Assembly: GCA_951406725.2 (NCBI GenBank)
Contig: OX597835.1
Location: forward strand, 29,698,001-29,762,000
Origin: Octopus vulgaris
Taxonomy: Eukaryota
Length of the DNA stretch: 64,000 nucleotides
Direction of reading: 5' to 3'
Positions 26,939 to 41,528 of the stretch are shown here, one piece after another. The translations under genes and the position numbers were made by a program. Positions within the stretch are counted from its first letter, which is position 1, and every line of letters starts with the position of its first letter. Under the pieces are notes generated by a model. The model did not search any database. It was not told the origin of the DNA and saw only the letters and a program-made list of their open reading frames with translations.

Positions 26939-27087
26939 TAGTTGAATGAATTATCGTAGTATGGATAATTCGGTTAACCGATACCCGGGTAGCAAATTCA
27001 CGTCAGAAAACACGGTGGAAGCTACATGCCAAGGGCAATGATCACGTGCTTTCGTGTGGAAATTTGTGTGCTTTTTTTTTACTATAA

Positions 27088-27177
27088 ATAAATGACAGAA
27101 TGGAGTCGAACGACGATTTAACAAAATTCTTTTATTCCTTTATTATTATTTAAATCGTCGTTCGACTCCATTCTTTC

Positions 27178-27183
<6 letters not shown>
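27088..27183. repeat. Fold-back inverted repeat, 34-bp arms
   Basis: ATAAATGACAGAATGGAGTCGAACGACGATTTAA / TTAAATCGTCGTTCGACTCCATTCTTTCATTTAT. Confidence 0.9.
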
Positions 27184-27226
<43 letters not shown>

Positions 27227-27244
27227 AATATATATATATATATA

Positions 27245-27447
27245 GTTAATCCAAACATGAAAACACAAAGAGAAAACACAACAACGCGAGGACGTGAAAC
27301 AAGTATAGTATTATTGGACGCTCAGGAAAGAAGGAGGGTTTAACGTTTCGAGCGGAGCTCTTCGTCAGAAACATAGGAAAAGGAAAGATCCAAAGAAAGG
27401 AAGACGGAGGAAAAAAAATCGCCAACGGTACACACGCGGTCACATTT
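27245..27447 (-). mobile_element. Family C element (best copy), flanked by TA-rich repeats
   Basis: Homology to 45347-45534 and 1785-1947. Confidence 0.8.
27338..27372 (-). ncRNA. Minimal type-I hammerhead ribozyme motif
   Basis: GTTT-CTGACGA-A-GAGC(TCC)GCTC-GAAA-CG-TT-AAAC: intact CUGANGA/GAAA core, stems I and II, palindromic AACGTT in place of stem III. Confidence 0.7.
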
Positions 27448-27539
27448 TATACATATATATAGAGAGAGAGAGACAGGTAGAGAGATACATACGTACATAC
27501 ATATAAAATTTATATGTCGAAGCATGTTCACATATATAC

Positions 27540-27579
<40 letters not shown>

Positions 27580-28175
27580 GTATGTAAGCAAATAGATAGG
27601 TAGAGATATACATACATATAAAGTTTATATGTCAAAGCATGTGCACACTTACATACACACACACAGTATGTATGTATGTATGTATGTATGTATGTATGTA
27701 TGTATGTATGTATGTATGTATGTATGCATGTGTGTGTGTATGTATCAAAGTGCATGCCATCAAAGTGACTCTGGGATAAAGTATACGAAGCCCAGTATAC
27801 CCATCATGACTACCCGTCTGATAAGGGTACACCAGGTACATGCATCACAACCATATGTGCGCGACATGGTGATCTCATAACAAGATGAACAGCGCATAAC
27901 CTTGCAGAGGGAACCCTGTCAGAACTTTCTTCAGGTCGAGTAGACTATCCCGCTCAAAAGGTCCCTGAATAAGGGTTGTTTAAGGATGTTGAACGAAACA
28001 CCCATGTTTCCAGAGGTGAATTATTAAACAACCGCACAAACAGACATACATATATATATATGTCTATAATAAGGCATATATGTATGTATCTATAAGAGAA
28101 ATATATACATTATATATGCATATATATAATGTGTATATATATGTGTGTATACATATATATATACATGTGTGTGTG

Positions 28176-28239
<64 letters not shown>

Positions 28240-29025
28240 TGTGCACAAAAGTAGGACAAAATAATGGAAACACCTAGCATCATAGCATCAGAATTTCGAA
28301 ATGTCTATAAAACCGTCAAAAGATTGTTTATTTTTGTTATGTTTTTATTTATTATTAGTGCTGCTTAATATGTTTTGCTAAACTTGCTGTTTCTCTTCAG
28401 ATATCATCAGGAAAAGGTAATTTAGATTCATTAAAATGACAGATCTATCGAACTTTTCAAAGAGGTCAAATTGTTGGTGCTCGTATGGCAGGTGCTAGCG
28501 TAACGAAAACAGCTGAAATGTTTGGTGTATCAAGAAGTACTGTCTTGAAAGTAATGACAGCCTTTGAGAAAGAGGGATAAACCTCCTCGTCGAAACAAAA
28601 CTCCGGAAGAAAACCAAAACTTTGAGATGGGGAACGTCGGGCTCTTAGGCGAATTGTTAGAAACGATCACAAAAGTACAGAACCCAAAATTACTGCAGAG
28701 CTTAATGACCACCTCGAGAACCCAGTTTCCACAACAACTCTTCGCCGGGAGCTGCGCAAAGCCAGATTTCACGGGAGGGCTGCAATCAGAAAACCACTAC
28801 TTTCAGAAACAAACATTGCAAAGCGTATAGACTGGAGTAAAAACCTACAGAATTGGCCCCTAGAGCAGTGGAAGAATGTTATTTTCTTAGAAGAGTCATC
28901 CTTTACCTTATTTCCGACCACCGGCTGAGTATACATGTGGAGACAGCCAAAAGAAGCATTTGACCCAGACTGCATTCTGCCAACTGTTAAACACGGAGGA
29001 GGATCTGTGATTATCTGGGGAGCTA

Positions 29026-30312
29026 CGAGGGGCGTTCAATAAGTAATGGCCCTGATCCACTTCCCATAGTAGCAGAGCAACAAAACTTGGCACAGTTATT
29101 AGACTTTTTCTACATAAGAACCACCCAGAGTTACGCATTTCTCCCATCGTTTGATGCAGCTCTGAAGACCGTTTTTGTAGAAGACCTCAGCTTGGTCCTC
29201 CAACCACGACGTGACTTCAGAAATCAAGGCTGCATCATCTGGGAAACGCTTTCCTTTAAAAAAACATGGCTGGGAAGAGGTGAAAATCAGAGGGTGCAAG
29301 GTCAGGAGAGTAGGGGGATGGAGGAGGAGTTCATAGCCGCACGCCTGTGCTTCTGATCTGGCGACACGCGAGTTGTGGACCGGAGCGTTGTCCTGCAAGA
29401 GGAGGATGCCTTTGCTGATATTGCCCCGCTTCTTGATTTTGATTGCTTCTCTTAATTTCCTCAAAAGTGAAGCATAATAGGTTCCTGTAATTGTGGCACC
29501 CTTTGCCAGGAAATCTGTCATCACTACTCCGTTCTGGTCCCAGAAGACTGTGAGCATGACCTTGCCAGCAGAGGGCTGCACCCTTGCCTTCTTTGGAGGA
29601 GGTGAGTCACCATGTGTCCACTGCATTGACTGGGCTTTGGTCTCTGGATCATAGTGATTGACCCAGTTTTCACCCTGTGTAATCAGTCTTTTGAAAAATT
29701 TTGACTCATCTTCTTGGCACATCTTCAAATTCATCCTCGAGCAATCGACGAGTTCTTGCTTCTGGAAAGATGTGAGCAACCTGGGAATCCATCTGGCAGA
29801 CGTCTTTTGCATATGCAAAGGGTCATGAATGATAGTTTCCACAGACCCAGTACTAATCTTGACCTCATGGGCTATTTGGCGAATAGTTATGCGTCGATCT
29901 TCCAAAATGGCAGCCTCAACTTGACGGACAGATGCCTCATCAATGGCAGAAGTGGGGCGACCAGATCTGGGAGCTGTTTCCACAGAGTTCCGACCATGTT
30001 TGCATTCACGATGCCAGCGTTTTACAAGGTCATATGATGGGGCATCATCACCATAAGTTACTTTCATTTCATCAAAAGTCTCCCGTGGTGTGCGTTCTTT
30101 CAAATACAAAAACCGGATCACTGCTCGACACTCAACAGGCTCCATTTCACACTTGACTCAGTTCAAACACCTGTAAATCAGAAACCACAATTAGTTCAGA
30201 GCTGTAATTTGCCACTTAATCTATAGAGATATAAATAATTGCGCATGCAAAATTTCAGCTAGATCAAATAACTGCAAGTGGGTCAGGGGCATTACTTATT
30301 GAACGCCCCTCG
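29026..30312 (-). mobile_element. Full-length mariner element with TA TSD
   Basis: About 37-bp TIRs CGAGGGGCGTTCAATAAGTAATG(G/C)CCCTGA(T/C)CCACTT; TA on both sides. Confidence 0.95.
29099..30145 (-). pseudogene. Mariner DD34D transposase, open frame but catalytically damaged
   Basis: WIPRLLT and QDNAPVH present. The first catalytic D reads G (ITQGENWV), and YSPDLAPSDF lies in a shifted frame between compensating indels. Confidence 0.85.
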
Positions 30313-30807
30313 TATATCTTGAAAATCCGCGGACCCAATGGTTTCCCTTCATGGCAGAATTAATAGTCAAGACTATTTAAGCATTTTATCTGATCAAATT
30401 CATCCTATGGTTGCGGAACGGTTTCCGGATGGAAACGCATTCTTTCAGGAAGATAATGCACCAATTCACACAGTTAAAGTTGTTGGTAAATGGCACGATG
30501 AACATTCTAGTGGAAGTTGAATGTCTTAGCTGGCTACCACAGTCCCTAAATCTCAATATTATTAAACATTTATGGTGCCTTTTAGAAAAACAAGTAAGGA
30601 GTCGATATCATCAACCATCAACACTACAAGAACTGGAGACTGTTTTAGCTGAAGAATGGACAAAAATTCCTTTGGAAACAATTCAAAGTTTGTACGAGTC
30701 CATACCTCGTAAAATTCAAGCTGTAATTACTGCCAAAGGCGATCCTACCCCATACTGAAATAAATTTGTTTGAAATATTAAGATGTTTCCATTATTTTGT
30801 CCAACCC

Positions 30808-30865
<58 letters not shown>

Positions 30866-30870
30866 GTAAG

Positions 30871-30901
<31 letters not shown>

Positions 30902-30952
30902 GCATGTATATATATATATGTATGTATGTATATATATATACATATATACATA

Positions 30953-31010
<58 letters not shown>

Positions 31011-31014
31011 TATG

Positions 31015-31048
<34 letters not shown>

Positions 31049-31097
31049 TATGTACCTGTATATGCTTTTATATCTATATATGCATTTATGTGTGTGC

Positions 31098-31128
<31 letters not shown>

Positions 31129-31989
31129 TGTATTAAAAAAAATGAGTAGGGAAGGCATTTTGAGATCATTTTTATATTAATAATAATGTTTACAGTGAGT
31201 GACTCTGGTGTGAGTTTGAAGCTTAAAGTAGCCGTTTTCAAACTGAAAAATGTATTTTACTGGTTGCTTCAATAGCAAAAGAATTTTCTTACAAGTAAAT
31301 ACACAAAAAATATATACATGCACAAAAAAGGGAAATGTATATAAAAAGAATACAAAGGCACGCATGCATAAAAAGAATACATACATACATACGTACATAC
31401 ATACAAACATACATACATACATACATACATACATACATACATGCATGCATACATACATACATACATACATACATACATACATACATACATACATACATGC
31501 ATACATACATACATACATACATACATACATACATACATACATACATACATACATACATACATACATACATACATACATACATAAACGGGGGATTAATCTT
31601 TCTTCACAGATGATTGCTGTTTTTTTTTTCGTCCCGGTTATGAATCTCATTTCAGGTTTTCCGTCCTTGATCTCCTGGATTAGGGTTAGGTCCCGCCGCA
31701 CCATTTTGTGCACCTTTTGTAGCATCATAGCAGGAATGTGGATGAGCTATGTTCCCCCTAAAAAGGACTACTGTTACAAGAAACTCCATCGAGTTTGATC
31801 CCAAACCTGAGAAGACAACAGTGATTTTAGGATAAGATTCCTGCCATCTATAAGTAGATTTGTAACTGTGTCCCTGCATTTGTCCCCTTTACATCACCAC
31901 TCTTCCATTGACATAGTCCGTCCAGCAGAGGGAACCACAAATGGGTCGCCATAAAGAGACCTCCAAACGTCATTGGATTATAATGATAA

Positions 31990-32306
31990 AGGCGCGTGGC
32001 TTAGTGGTTAGGGGAATTCGGCTCAGGAGCATAAGATCATGACTTCGATCCCCGCCGGCGGCGTGGTGCTTTCTGGAGCAGGATACTGCTTTTTTTTATA
32101 TTTCACGTTGCTCCAGTCCACTTACCTGGCGAAAATGAGTCGCACCTGTAATTTGAAAAGACCAGCCTTGTCACATTCTGTGTCACGATGAATCACTCTG
32201 AGAAATATGTTGAGGGTACGCGTGTCTGTGGGGTGCTGAGCCACTTGCACGTTAATTTCACAAGCAGAATATTTGTTTCATCGAATAAACTGGAACCAGT
32301 GGAACC
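31990..32306 (+). mobile_element. tRNA-derived SINE family E (another head fragment at about 25470-25610, minus strand)
   Basis: A box TGGCTTAGTGG, B-box-like ACTTCGATCCC. Confidence 0.7.
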
Positions 32307-32339
32307 ATATATTTTTATATATATGTATATATGTATATA

Positions 32340-32435
<96 letters not shown>

Positions 32436-32495
32436 TATAAATATATACACATATGTATATATATGTGTGTATATATATATATACACATATGTATA

Positions 32496-32564
<69 letters not shown>

Positions 32565-33399
32565 GCATGTATATGTATGTATACATTTCTGTGTGTGTGC
32601 GCGCGCGTGAAAGTGCTCGTCCCCACCACCATCGCTTGATAACCGATGTTGGTGAGTTTACGCCCCCTAACTTAGCGGTTCAGCATAAAACACTGATGGA
32701 ATAAGTACTAGGCTTACAAAGAATAAGTCGTGGGAGCGGCGCTCTAGCATGGCCGCAGTCAAATGACTGAAACAATTAAAAAAAAGGAATAAAAGAATAT
32801 ACGCGTGTACTACACGACCACAAGATCTTGTGTTTCCATAATTAGTACCTAGTGACAGACTAGCTGGAGCAAAGCCCTCATTAATCACGTGTAACTGTAG
32901 TTTTTACATCAGTGTTTAACCCTCTCCTAGACGGATGCTAGAAATCCTTGGCTCCTTCAGGTTTCTATTAATCAAACTACAGTCGGTACCTTGACAAGTG
33001 CTGGTACACCGGGTCCAAAATGGAACCTGGGAACAATAATGGCTAAGAGAGGGTTTTACGCTCCTCGAAAAAAACCATGCGACTAGGGCCACCAACACCG
33101 CAAGAAGTTTAAGGTATAACCAGGACATACAAATATGTATACGTATATATATGTGCGTATATGTGTGTCTGTGTACGAATCAGCGTGCGTACCCGTGTGC
33201 GCGCACAATATTTTTGATTTTTACGTATTTTTTCTCCTAGGTATTGAACCATTGTGTCATTTAATTAGGTAAGTATATCTCTAAGTTGTATATATTTGAA
33301 TCGAATTGTAATTGAGCAAAACAATTTTTTTTTTTTTTTAAATATTCCAAACTTTTGGTCATGACTGTACATATGTGTGTGTGTGTGTGTGTGTGTGTT

Positions 33400-33430
<31 letters not shown>

Positions 33431-33723
33431 GTCTGTCCATTTTTTCTCTCGCTGTTTCCGTATTTAACTAGTTTGTCTACGCATTTCATGTTGTTTACAC
33501 AGTTGGTGACATCCTGCGATTATTCACACACACACATGCACACACATACACACACACACACATATATATAAGAGTATTTAATATTACTTAATTGAACGCC
33601 ATGCATCCATTTCCAAGTATATATATACAAATATATATATATATACATATATATATATGTATGTATGTATATATATATATATATATATACTTATATACAT
33701 ATATATATACATATACATATACA

Positions 33724-33797
<74 letters not shown>

Positions 33798-34120
33798 AGT
33801 ATATATACACGCATACATACTAACATATATACATACGAATATGTATGTATCTGCAAATGTCTACATGTTAATAGGTAATGTATATATGTCTGTGTATATG
33901 TATAGGTAAGGATGAATATAAGTATGTATATGTATGTGAAGGCAAACATATATATACGCACATATATGTTTGTATGACTTCATATATATAATCCTGCAAG
34001 TGTGTGCGTGTTATATATATATATATATATATATACATATGTGTATATATATATATATAACTGAAACAAAAATACAATACATATATATATACATCTATAT
34101 ATATATATACATATACATAT

Positions 34121-34151
<31 letters not shown>

Positions 34152-34161
34152 CATATACATA

Positions 34162-34254
<93 letters not shown>

Positions 34255-34418
34255 TGTATTTTTGTTTCAGTTATTTGAGCGCCTTTAGTAGATCAAATCA
34301 ACCCCACGATATATTCTTTGTAAACCTAATACTTATTCTATCGGTCACTTTTGCCACAATGCTAAGTTACGGGCACGGAAACACACCAACATCGGTTGTC
34401 AAGCGATGGTGCAGGGAC

Positions 34419-34539
<121 letters not shown>

Positions 34540-34755
34540 AATTTTTTGGTACTTTTTGTGATCTAGATATATGTTTTATAATATATTTTATTTTTTCTAT
34601 ATGTTTTGGTTTATGTCTTTCATTGTTTCAATTACATAATAGTGGCTTTTCTCTAATTTATATATATATTATATATTTCTATTGTGAAATTTTATTTAAT
34701 ACTAAATTGAATTTTTCGCTGTAAGTTTGGAGTTATACTCCTTAATATCATTATA
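34540..34755 (+). mobile_element. AT-rich (TA)n-flanked insert, homologous to 45588-45779
   Basis: Shared TAATAGTGG.TTT.TCTCTAATTTA and CTGTAAGTTTGGA.TTAT..CC.TAATAT.ATTA. Confidence 0.7.
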
Positions 34756-34764
34756 CATATATAT

Positions 34765-34807
<43 letters not shown>

Positions 34808-34956
34808 ACGGACTTCTTTTAGATTACGTCTACTAAAATCACTCAAAAGACTTTAGAAAAAGACTCTTACCCAAGGTGTCACGCAATGGTACTGAAACCA
34901 GAGCGATGTGGTTGGGAAGAAAGCTTCTTACCACACAGCCACTCCTGCGCCTATAC

Positions 34957-35086
<130 letters not shown>

Positions 35087-35504
35087 TCTTCTAATTTTAT
35101 AACATTTCTCTATGTGCTGTATACCGCCATATGTTAGAATATGTGAAGTGAATAGAGGCTACAAACATACGTACTTACATATATACATACATACATACAT
35201 ACATACATACATACATACATAACATACATACATATAAATATATAAACATTCAAACATATATTTTGTATGTGTGTGTATATATATATGTGTGTGTGTATAT
35301 ATATATATATGTTTGTGTATGTATGTATGTATGTATGTATGTGCGTGTGAGTGAGTGTTGTGCGGATGTGTGTGTGTGTGTGCGCCCGCGCGCGTGTGTG
35401 TGCGCGGGCACGTATGAGCTACTGTCATAAGAATGTTTAAAAATAATTCAAATCTTACCTTCAAAATAGTTTATAAATGCTCATGTTCATACATACCAAC
35501 ATTT

Positions 35505-35535
35505 TTGTATGTATGTATGTATGTATGTATGTATG

Positions 35536-35567
<32 letters not shown>

Positions 35568-35816
35568 TTTGTGTGTATGTATGTATGTATGTATGTATGT
35601 ATGTATGTATGTATGTGTGTGTATGTATGTATGTATGTATGTATGTATGTATATGTATGTATGTGTGTGTGTATGTATGTATGTATGTATGTTGTATGTA
35701 TGTATGTATGTGTTTATGTATGTATGTGTGTGTATGTATGTTTGTATGTATGTATGTATGCATGTATGTGTGTATGTGCGTGTATGTATGTTTGTATGTA
35801 TGTATGTATGTATGTA

Positions 35817-35847
<31 letters not shown>

Positions 35848-36000
35848 GTGTATGTATGTATGTATGTATGTATGTATGTATGTGTATGTATGTATGTATG
35901 TATGTATGTATGTATGTATGTATGTATGTATGTGTGTGTGTATGTATGTATGTATGTATGTATGTATGTATGTATGTATGAATGTATGTATGTATGCGTG

Positions 36001-36033
<33 letters not shown>
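35505..36033. repeat. (TATG)n microsatellite
   Basis: Direct observation. Confidence 0.95.
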
Positions 36034-36602
36034 AGCGGGTCTTGTGAAAATCGGTGGTGACTTAGAACTTGTATATTTCCAGCATCTGAATAAAAAAAAT
36101 TTTTTTTTTCTTCAATAAAATGTTCCTGTCACGTCACGTTCCACTTGAAATGGGCAACTCCTTTCCAATGATAATGTCCCTTGGATGTTGAGGGAAAGTG
36201 AAGCAGTGATTGTAAATTTGGCCACACCTTCTCCGAAACGACTGTCCATTCGGATTTATTGCCAAACGGAATCAATCAAAGCAGATATGGCTAATACCAC
36301 GCCTTATGCTCTTGAAGATTTCATCTGTGTATTATATATTTGTATATATATATTTCGGCCATTATTGGCCCATAACTTAATAGCACCTATATATATATAT
36401 ATATATATATATATGGATTTCGCAGACAGAAACTTAAAGAAATCAATCGTATATATATATATATGTATGTATATGCTAGCTCTATATCCTTTTCTCCACC
36501 TCCAGCCATGCAAAAATAGCAGCCAGCATTGCCCTCTCCATTTTCCCAGCAATACACATACACATACATACATATATACGTATATACATACATACCACTT
36601 TC

Positions 36603-36684
<82 letters not shown>

Positions 36685-36685
36685 C

Positions 36686-36787
<102 letters not shown>

Positions 36788-36856
36788 GTACATACATTTA
36801 TATATATGTATATGTATATATATGTGAGTTTGTCGGTGTGTATGTATATGTGTCTG

Positions 36857-36899
<43 letters not shown>

Positions 36900-37098
36900 A
36901 TACACACATATATATGTATATATATAAATTTATATAAATAAGGATAAGCTCGATATTTAAATATCGATCTTATCAAGTGGGCAGCATAGGAATAAAAAAA
37001 CCTTTCAAAGGAAATAATTATTTAAAATTATAATTTAGGGTATCTAAGAGATAACACCACGCTGAAAATATCAGTCGAAAGCTTGACTCTAAGACCAC

Positions 37099-37233
<135 letters not shown>

Positions 37234-37327
37234 AGAGCATAAATTGATAAATAGATAGATATGTATATATGCATATATATGTATCCCTCTCTCTCTATAT
37301 ATATATTGTGTGTATAAATATATATAT

Positions 37328-37365
<38 letters not shown>

Positions 37366-38100
37366 GTGTGTGTGTACATATATAGTGACATGTGACAAGA
37401 TCTTTGATTTCTTTTTCACACATACACAGGCACTCATTCATGCATGTATGTAGATATACACACATACATGCATTTACGGATGCACATTTACATACATACA
37501 CACATGCACGTATACATACATACTTACATAGATGCACATATACGTACGTACACACACACACATACATACATACATACATACATACATACATACATACATA
37601 CATACATACATACATACATACATGCATGCATGCATGCATATCATGCCATGAATTCGCTATAATTTGGATAAGTCACACAAAGGCAAAGCCGGCCATTGTT
37701 TCCATTTTGTCTCTTAATATTCGTCTAATTAGTTTCATTAAATCATTAAAGCCACCCAATTAACAAAACAGACCAATGTTGCTCTCCATTCAAAGACGCA
37801 GAGAAATAAACAAATTTTCTATTCTAAAATAAAATGATTGAATCTTAAATTTATTTTTTTAATATTTCGGAAACCTTGAATTATTTTTTTCAAAAATTCT
37901 GCGTTATACATACATACAAAAATTCTGCGGTTAAGAAGCTTGCTTTGTGTCGATGTGGGTTAGGGTTCGGTCCCACTGTGCGGCGCCTACACAAAGTTTC
38001 ATCCATAGCCCTGGGCCGACCAATATGAGTGAATTTTGTAGGCGGAGATTGTGTGTGATACCGTCGTTTGTGTATACAAACACACACACACACACACACG

Positions 38101-38155
<55 letters not shown>

Positions 38156-38171
38156 TATATGTATATATATG

Positions 38172-38396
38172 TTTCTTTATTACCCACAAGGGGCTAAACA
38201 TAGAGGGGACAAACAAGGACAGAAAAACCAATTAAGTCGATTATATCGACCCCAGTGCGTAACTGGTACTTAATTTATCGACCCCGAAAGGATGAAAGGC
38301 AAAGTCGACCTCAGCGGAATTTGAACTCAGAACGTAACGACAGACGAAATACGGCCACGCATTTCGCCCGGCATGCTAACGGTTCTGCCAGCTCGC
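38172..38396 (-). mobile_element. SINE family A
   Basis: Homology to family A. Confidence 0.88.
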
Positions 38397-38447
<51 letters not shown>

Positions 38448-38515
38448 AGTGTGTGTGTGTGAGTGTGTGAGTGTGTGTGTGCGCGTGTGTGTGTGTGTGT
38501 ATGTGTGTGCGTGTT

Positions 38516-38550
<35 letters not shown>

Positions 38551-38561
38551 GTGTGTGTGTG

Positions 38562-38595
<34 letters not shown>

Positions 38596-38769
38596 TGTAT
38601 GTATGTGTAGGCGCAGGAATGGCTCAATGGTAAGAAGCTTGCTTCCCAACCAAATGGTTCCGGGTTCAGTTCCCACTGCATGGCACCTTAGGCAAGTGTG
38701 TTCTGCTATAGCCTGGGGCTGACCAAAGCCTTGTGAGTGGATTTGGTATACGGAAACTAAAAGAAACCT

Positions 38770-38804
<35 letters not shown>

Positions 38805-38936
38805 CATACTTACATACATACACTTACTCACTACCTATGCATACACACTGCTACACACACACATACACACACATACACACACATACATACATACATGCAT
38901 ACATACATACATACCTACATACATACATACCTACAT

Positions 38937-38969
<33 letters not shown>

Positions 38970-39008
38970 TACATACATACATACATACATTCATGCATAC
39001 ATACATAC

Positions 39009-39039
<31 letters not shown>

Positions 39040-39772
39040 CATACATACATACATACATACATACATACTCCAAACTTTGAATAAGTGATTTACATATTAA
39101 TTATGGCTCCCTTTTGTTAAATGTTTGTCTAGATTTTGCAAGAGAATAGGGCCCAAACCATTTCCCCTACCTTTCTTTATGTCTCGACAGATTCATAGCA
39201 ACGATAACTAATGACTGCACCTGACCCATGGCATAAAATGAGAAAAATTAAAAGATAATTAAACTTAATTAATAGAAATATTTGCTAATATAATTATTAA
39301 GTTTTGTCGTATAGATTATATATAAGTTTTCTTCAAATCATTGTCAAGTCCGTTGTAATAAGCTTGAAGTATTAGAATGCAAAACTGATATAAATGTTTT
39401 TTTAAAAATTATTTTAAGCAATCCCTGGCAAAATATATAAGGCGATGCAGATAATTATAGAAACAAATATGAAATATTATCTTACATAGTTGGTTTAATG
39501 CTTCTAAATTTCGGAAAAGATTTCCCCTTATCAAATATAAGGAGGGAAATAATCTAGTTTGCTGAATACCACATGATATGCCTTCTTTTGATGAAGGAGT
39601 CTGTTTATACCGTATCTTTATCAAAAGCTCTACGAACGTGGGAACATTTCTTTCCGCTGAGTTTGGATCATGATTCCATTATGTTCAAAATTACACTTGA
39701 GGTATGGAGAAAACAAATCTTCATTATTTTCTTCACTGTCAACACATGGAAAGGAGTGACTTATTTCTCATG

Positions 39773-39988
39773 ACCATCATTGTTATCATCATCATCATCC
39801 TCATCATCGTTGTTGTTGTTGTTGTTGTCGTCGTCGTCGCTATCATCATCATCATCATCATCATCATCGCAATCGTCATCGTCGTTGCCGTTGTTATTGT
39901 CGTCGTCATCATCATCGTCATCGTCATCGTCGTCGTCGTCGTCATCATCATCATCATCATCATCGCCATGATCATCATCATCACCATC

Positions 39989-40044
<56 letters not shown>

Positions 40045-40140
40045 TGCCATCGTCATCGTTATCATCGTCATAGTCCTCGTCTTCGTCATTGTCGTTATCC
40101 TCATCGTCATCGTCGTCGTCGTCGTCATCATCATCATCAC
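39773..40140. repeat. (ATC)n/(GTC)n/(GTT)n compound trinucleotide repeat
   Basis: Direct observation. Confidence 0.95.
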
Positions 40141-40294
40141 CTTTATTTATTTATTTATTGACTTTTGTTATGTACGTTGGGACCTCGATTTACAAATTTA
40201 ATTTGTTCTTAAAAGCCGTACATCACCCCAAAATGTTCGTAAACCGAAATTATTTTTCCCAGAGGAAATTCAAGAGAAGGTGCAGCAGATTCAA

Positions 40295-40317
40295 GAAACT
40301 GAAAGAAGTCCGTCGTG

Positions 40318-40366
<49 letters not shown>

Positions 40367-40712
40367 ATATATATATATATATGTATGTGTGTATGTATGT
40401 ATGTGTGTGTATGCATGTATGGATGTATGTATGTATGTATGTATGTATGTATGTATGTATGTATGGATGGATGGATGTATGTATGTACGTATGTATGTGT
40501 ATATGTTGTATATCTGTGTTTGTCCTCCCAACATCGCTTGACAACCGATGCTGGTGTGTTTAGGTCCCCGTCACTTGGCGGTTCGGCAAAAGACACCGAT
40601 AGAATAAGTACTAGACTTACAAAGAGAAAGTCCTGAGGTCAATTCGATTCGACTAAAGGCGGTGCTCCAGCATGGCCGCAGTCAAAATGACTGAAACAAA
40701 TAAAAGAATAAA
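40295..40712 (+). mobile_element. SINE family B, 3' portion
   Basis: Homology to family B. Confidence 0.85.
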
Positions 40713-41138
40713 GTAATAACTAGTTTGGGTTTTTTTTAAGACTGACTGGCTATGGAGGACCACCAGAATAAAATAGGGGTTCCATAGATGGAAAAATGGT
40801 TGAGAAACCCCTAATGTAGCTGCATATAGCATCCGAGATGAGGGAGCCGACTACCACGGAACGAGACAAGTGTCATGCCATTTGGCCGTTTACTAGTCTT
40901 TCATTTAGCCCTGTTTGCTCGAATGGTGAAGACGGGGCGGCCTACGAGGTGTAGACCATGACCATCAAGATTATATTAAAACTAACAATGTTGAGTGCAG
41001 GATCAAAATGAATATGAAACCAGTCGTGAAACATGATAGCAAATAACCTTATTAATTTATTCCTTTATTTATTTATATATTTATTTATTTCTATTTGCTT
41101 TCCAAATATGGCGCAGGTGTGGATGTGTTATTCCAAGG

Positions 41139-41497
41139 AGTCGCAGGCAGGGCTGTGGGGTAAGAAGATTTGTTTCAGTCACGTGGTTTCAAGTTCAGTG
41201 TTACTGCGAGACACCTTGGACATGTGTTTTCTACTCTAGCCACGAGCCAACCACTAACATAGCCGTCCGGGGCGGTCCTTTCGTTTGCTGCCCACCCGGA
41301 CGCCACAAAAAACTCATATTGCCGACAGCAATAGCCTACAAAAGGGTGAAAAGTGCCGCCCGGGGCGGACCCCTCCCCGCTGCTGCCCGCGCCCCAGGCT
41401 ACGCTAGTGGAGCCGACCATGGTCTTGTAGAGAACATGGCAGACGAAAGAAACCTGTCGAATATATGAATGAATGTATGTATGTAAGTAATGTATGC

Positions 41498-41528
<31 letters not shown>

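Larger units (their letters stand above)
28246..30810 (+). mobile_element. Tc1-family DNA transposon (degenerate), interrupted by a mariner
   Basis: TIR core GGACAAAATAATGGAAACA at both ends. Transposase relic from ATG 28436 (FQRGQIVGARMAGASVTKTAEMFGVSRSTV..TVKHGGGSVIIWGA | [32 protein letters not shown]) to 30758. Confidence 0.92.

Noticed and set aside
31585-31980. Unique-looking segment as a host exon
   Set aside because: No recognisable protein motif was seen, the minus-strand frames examined contain stops, and splice signals are unclear.
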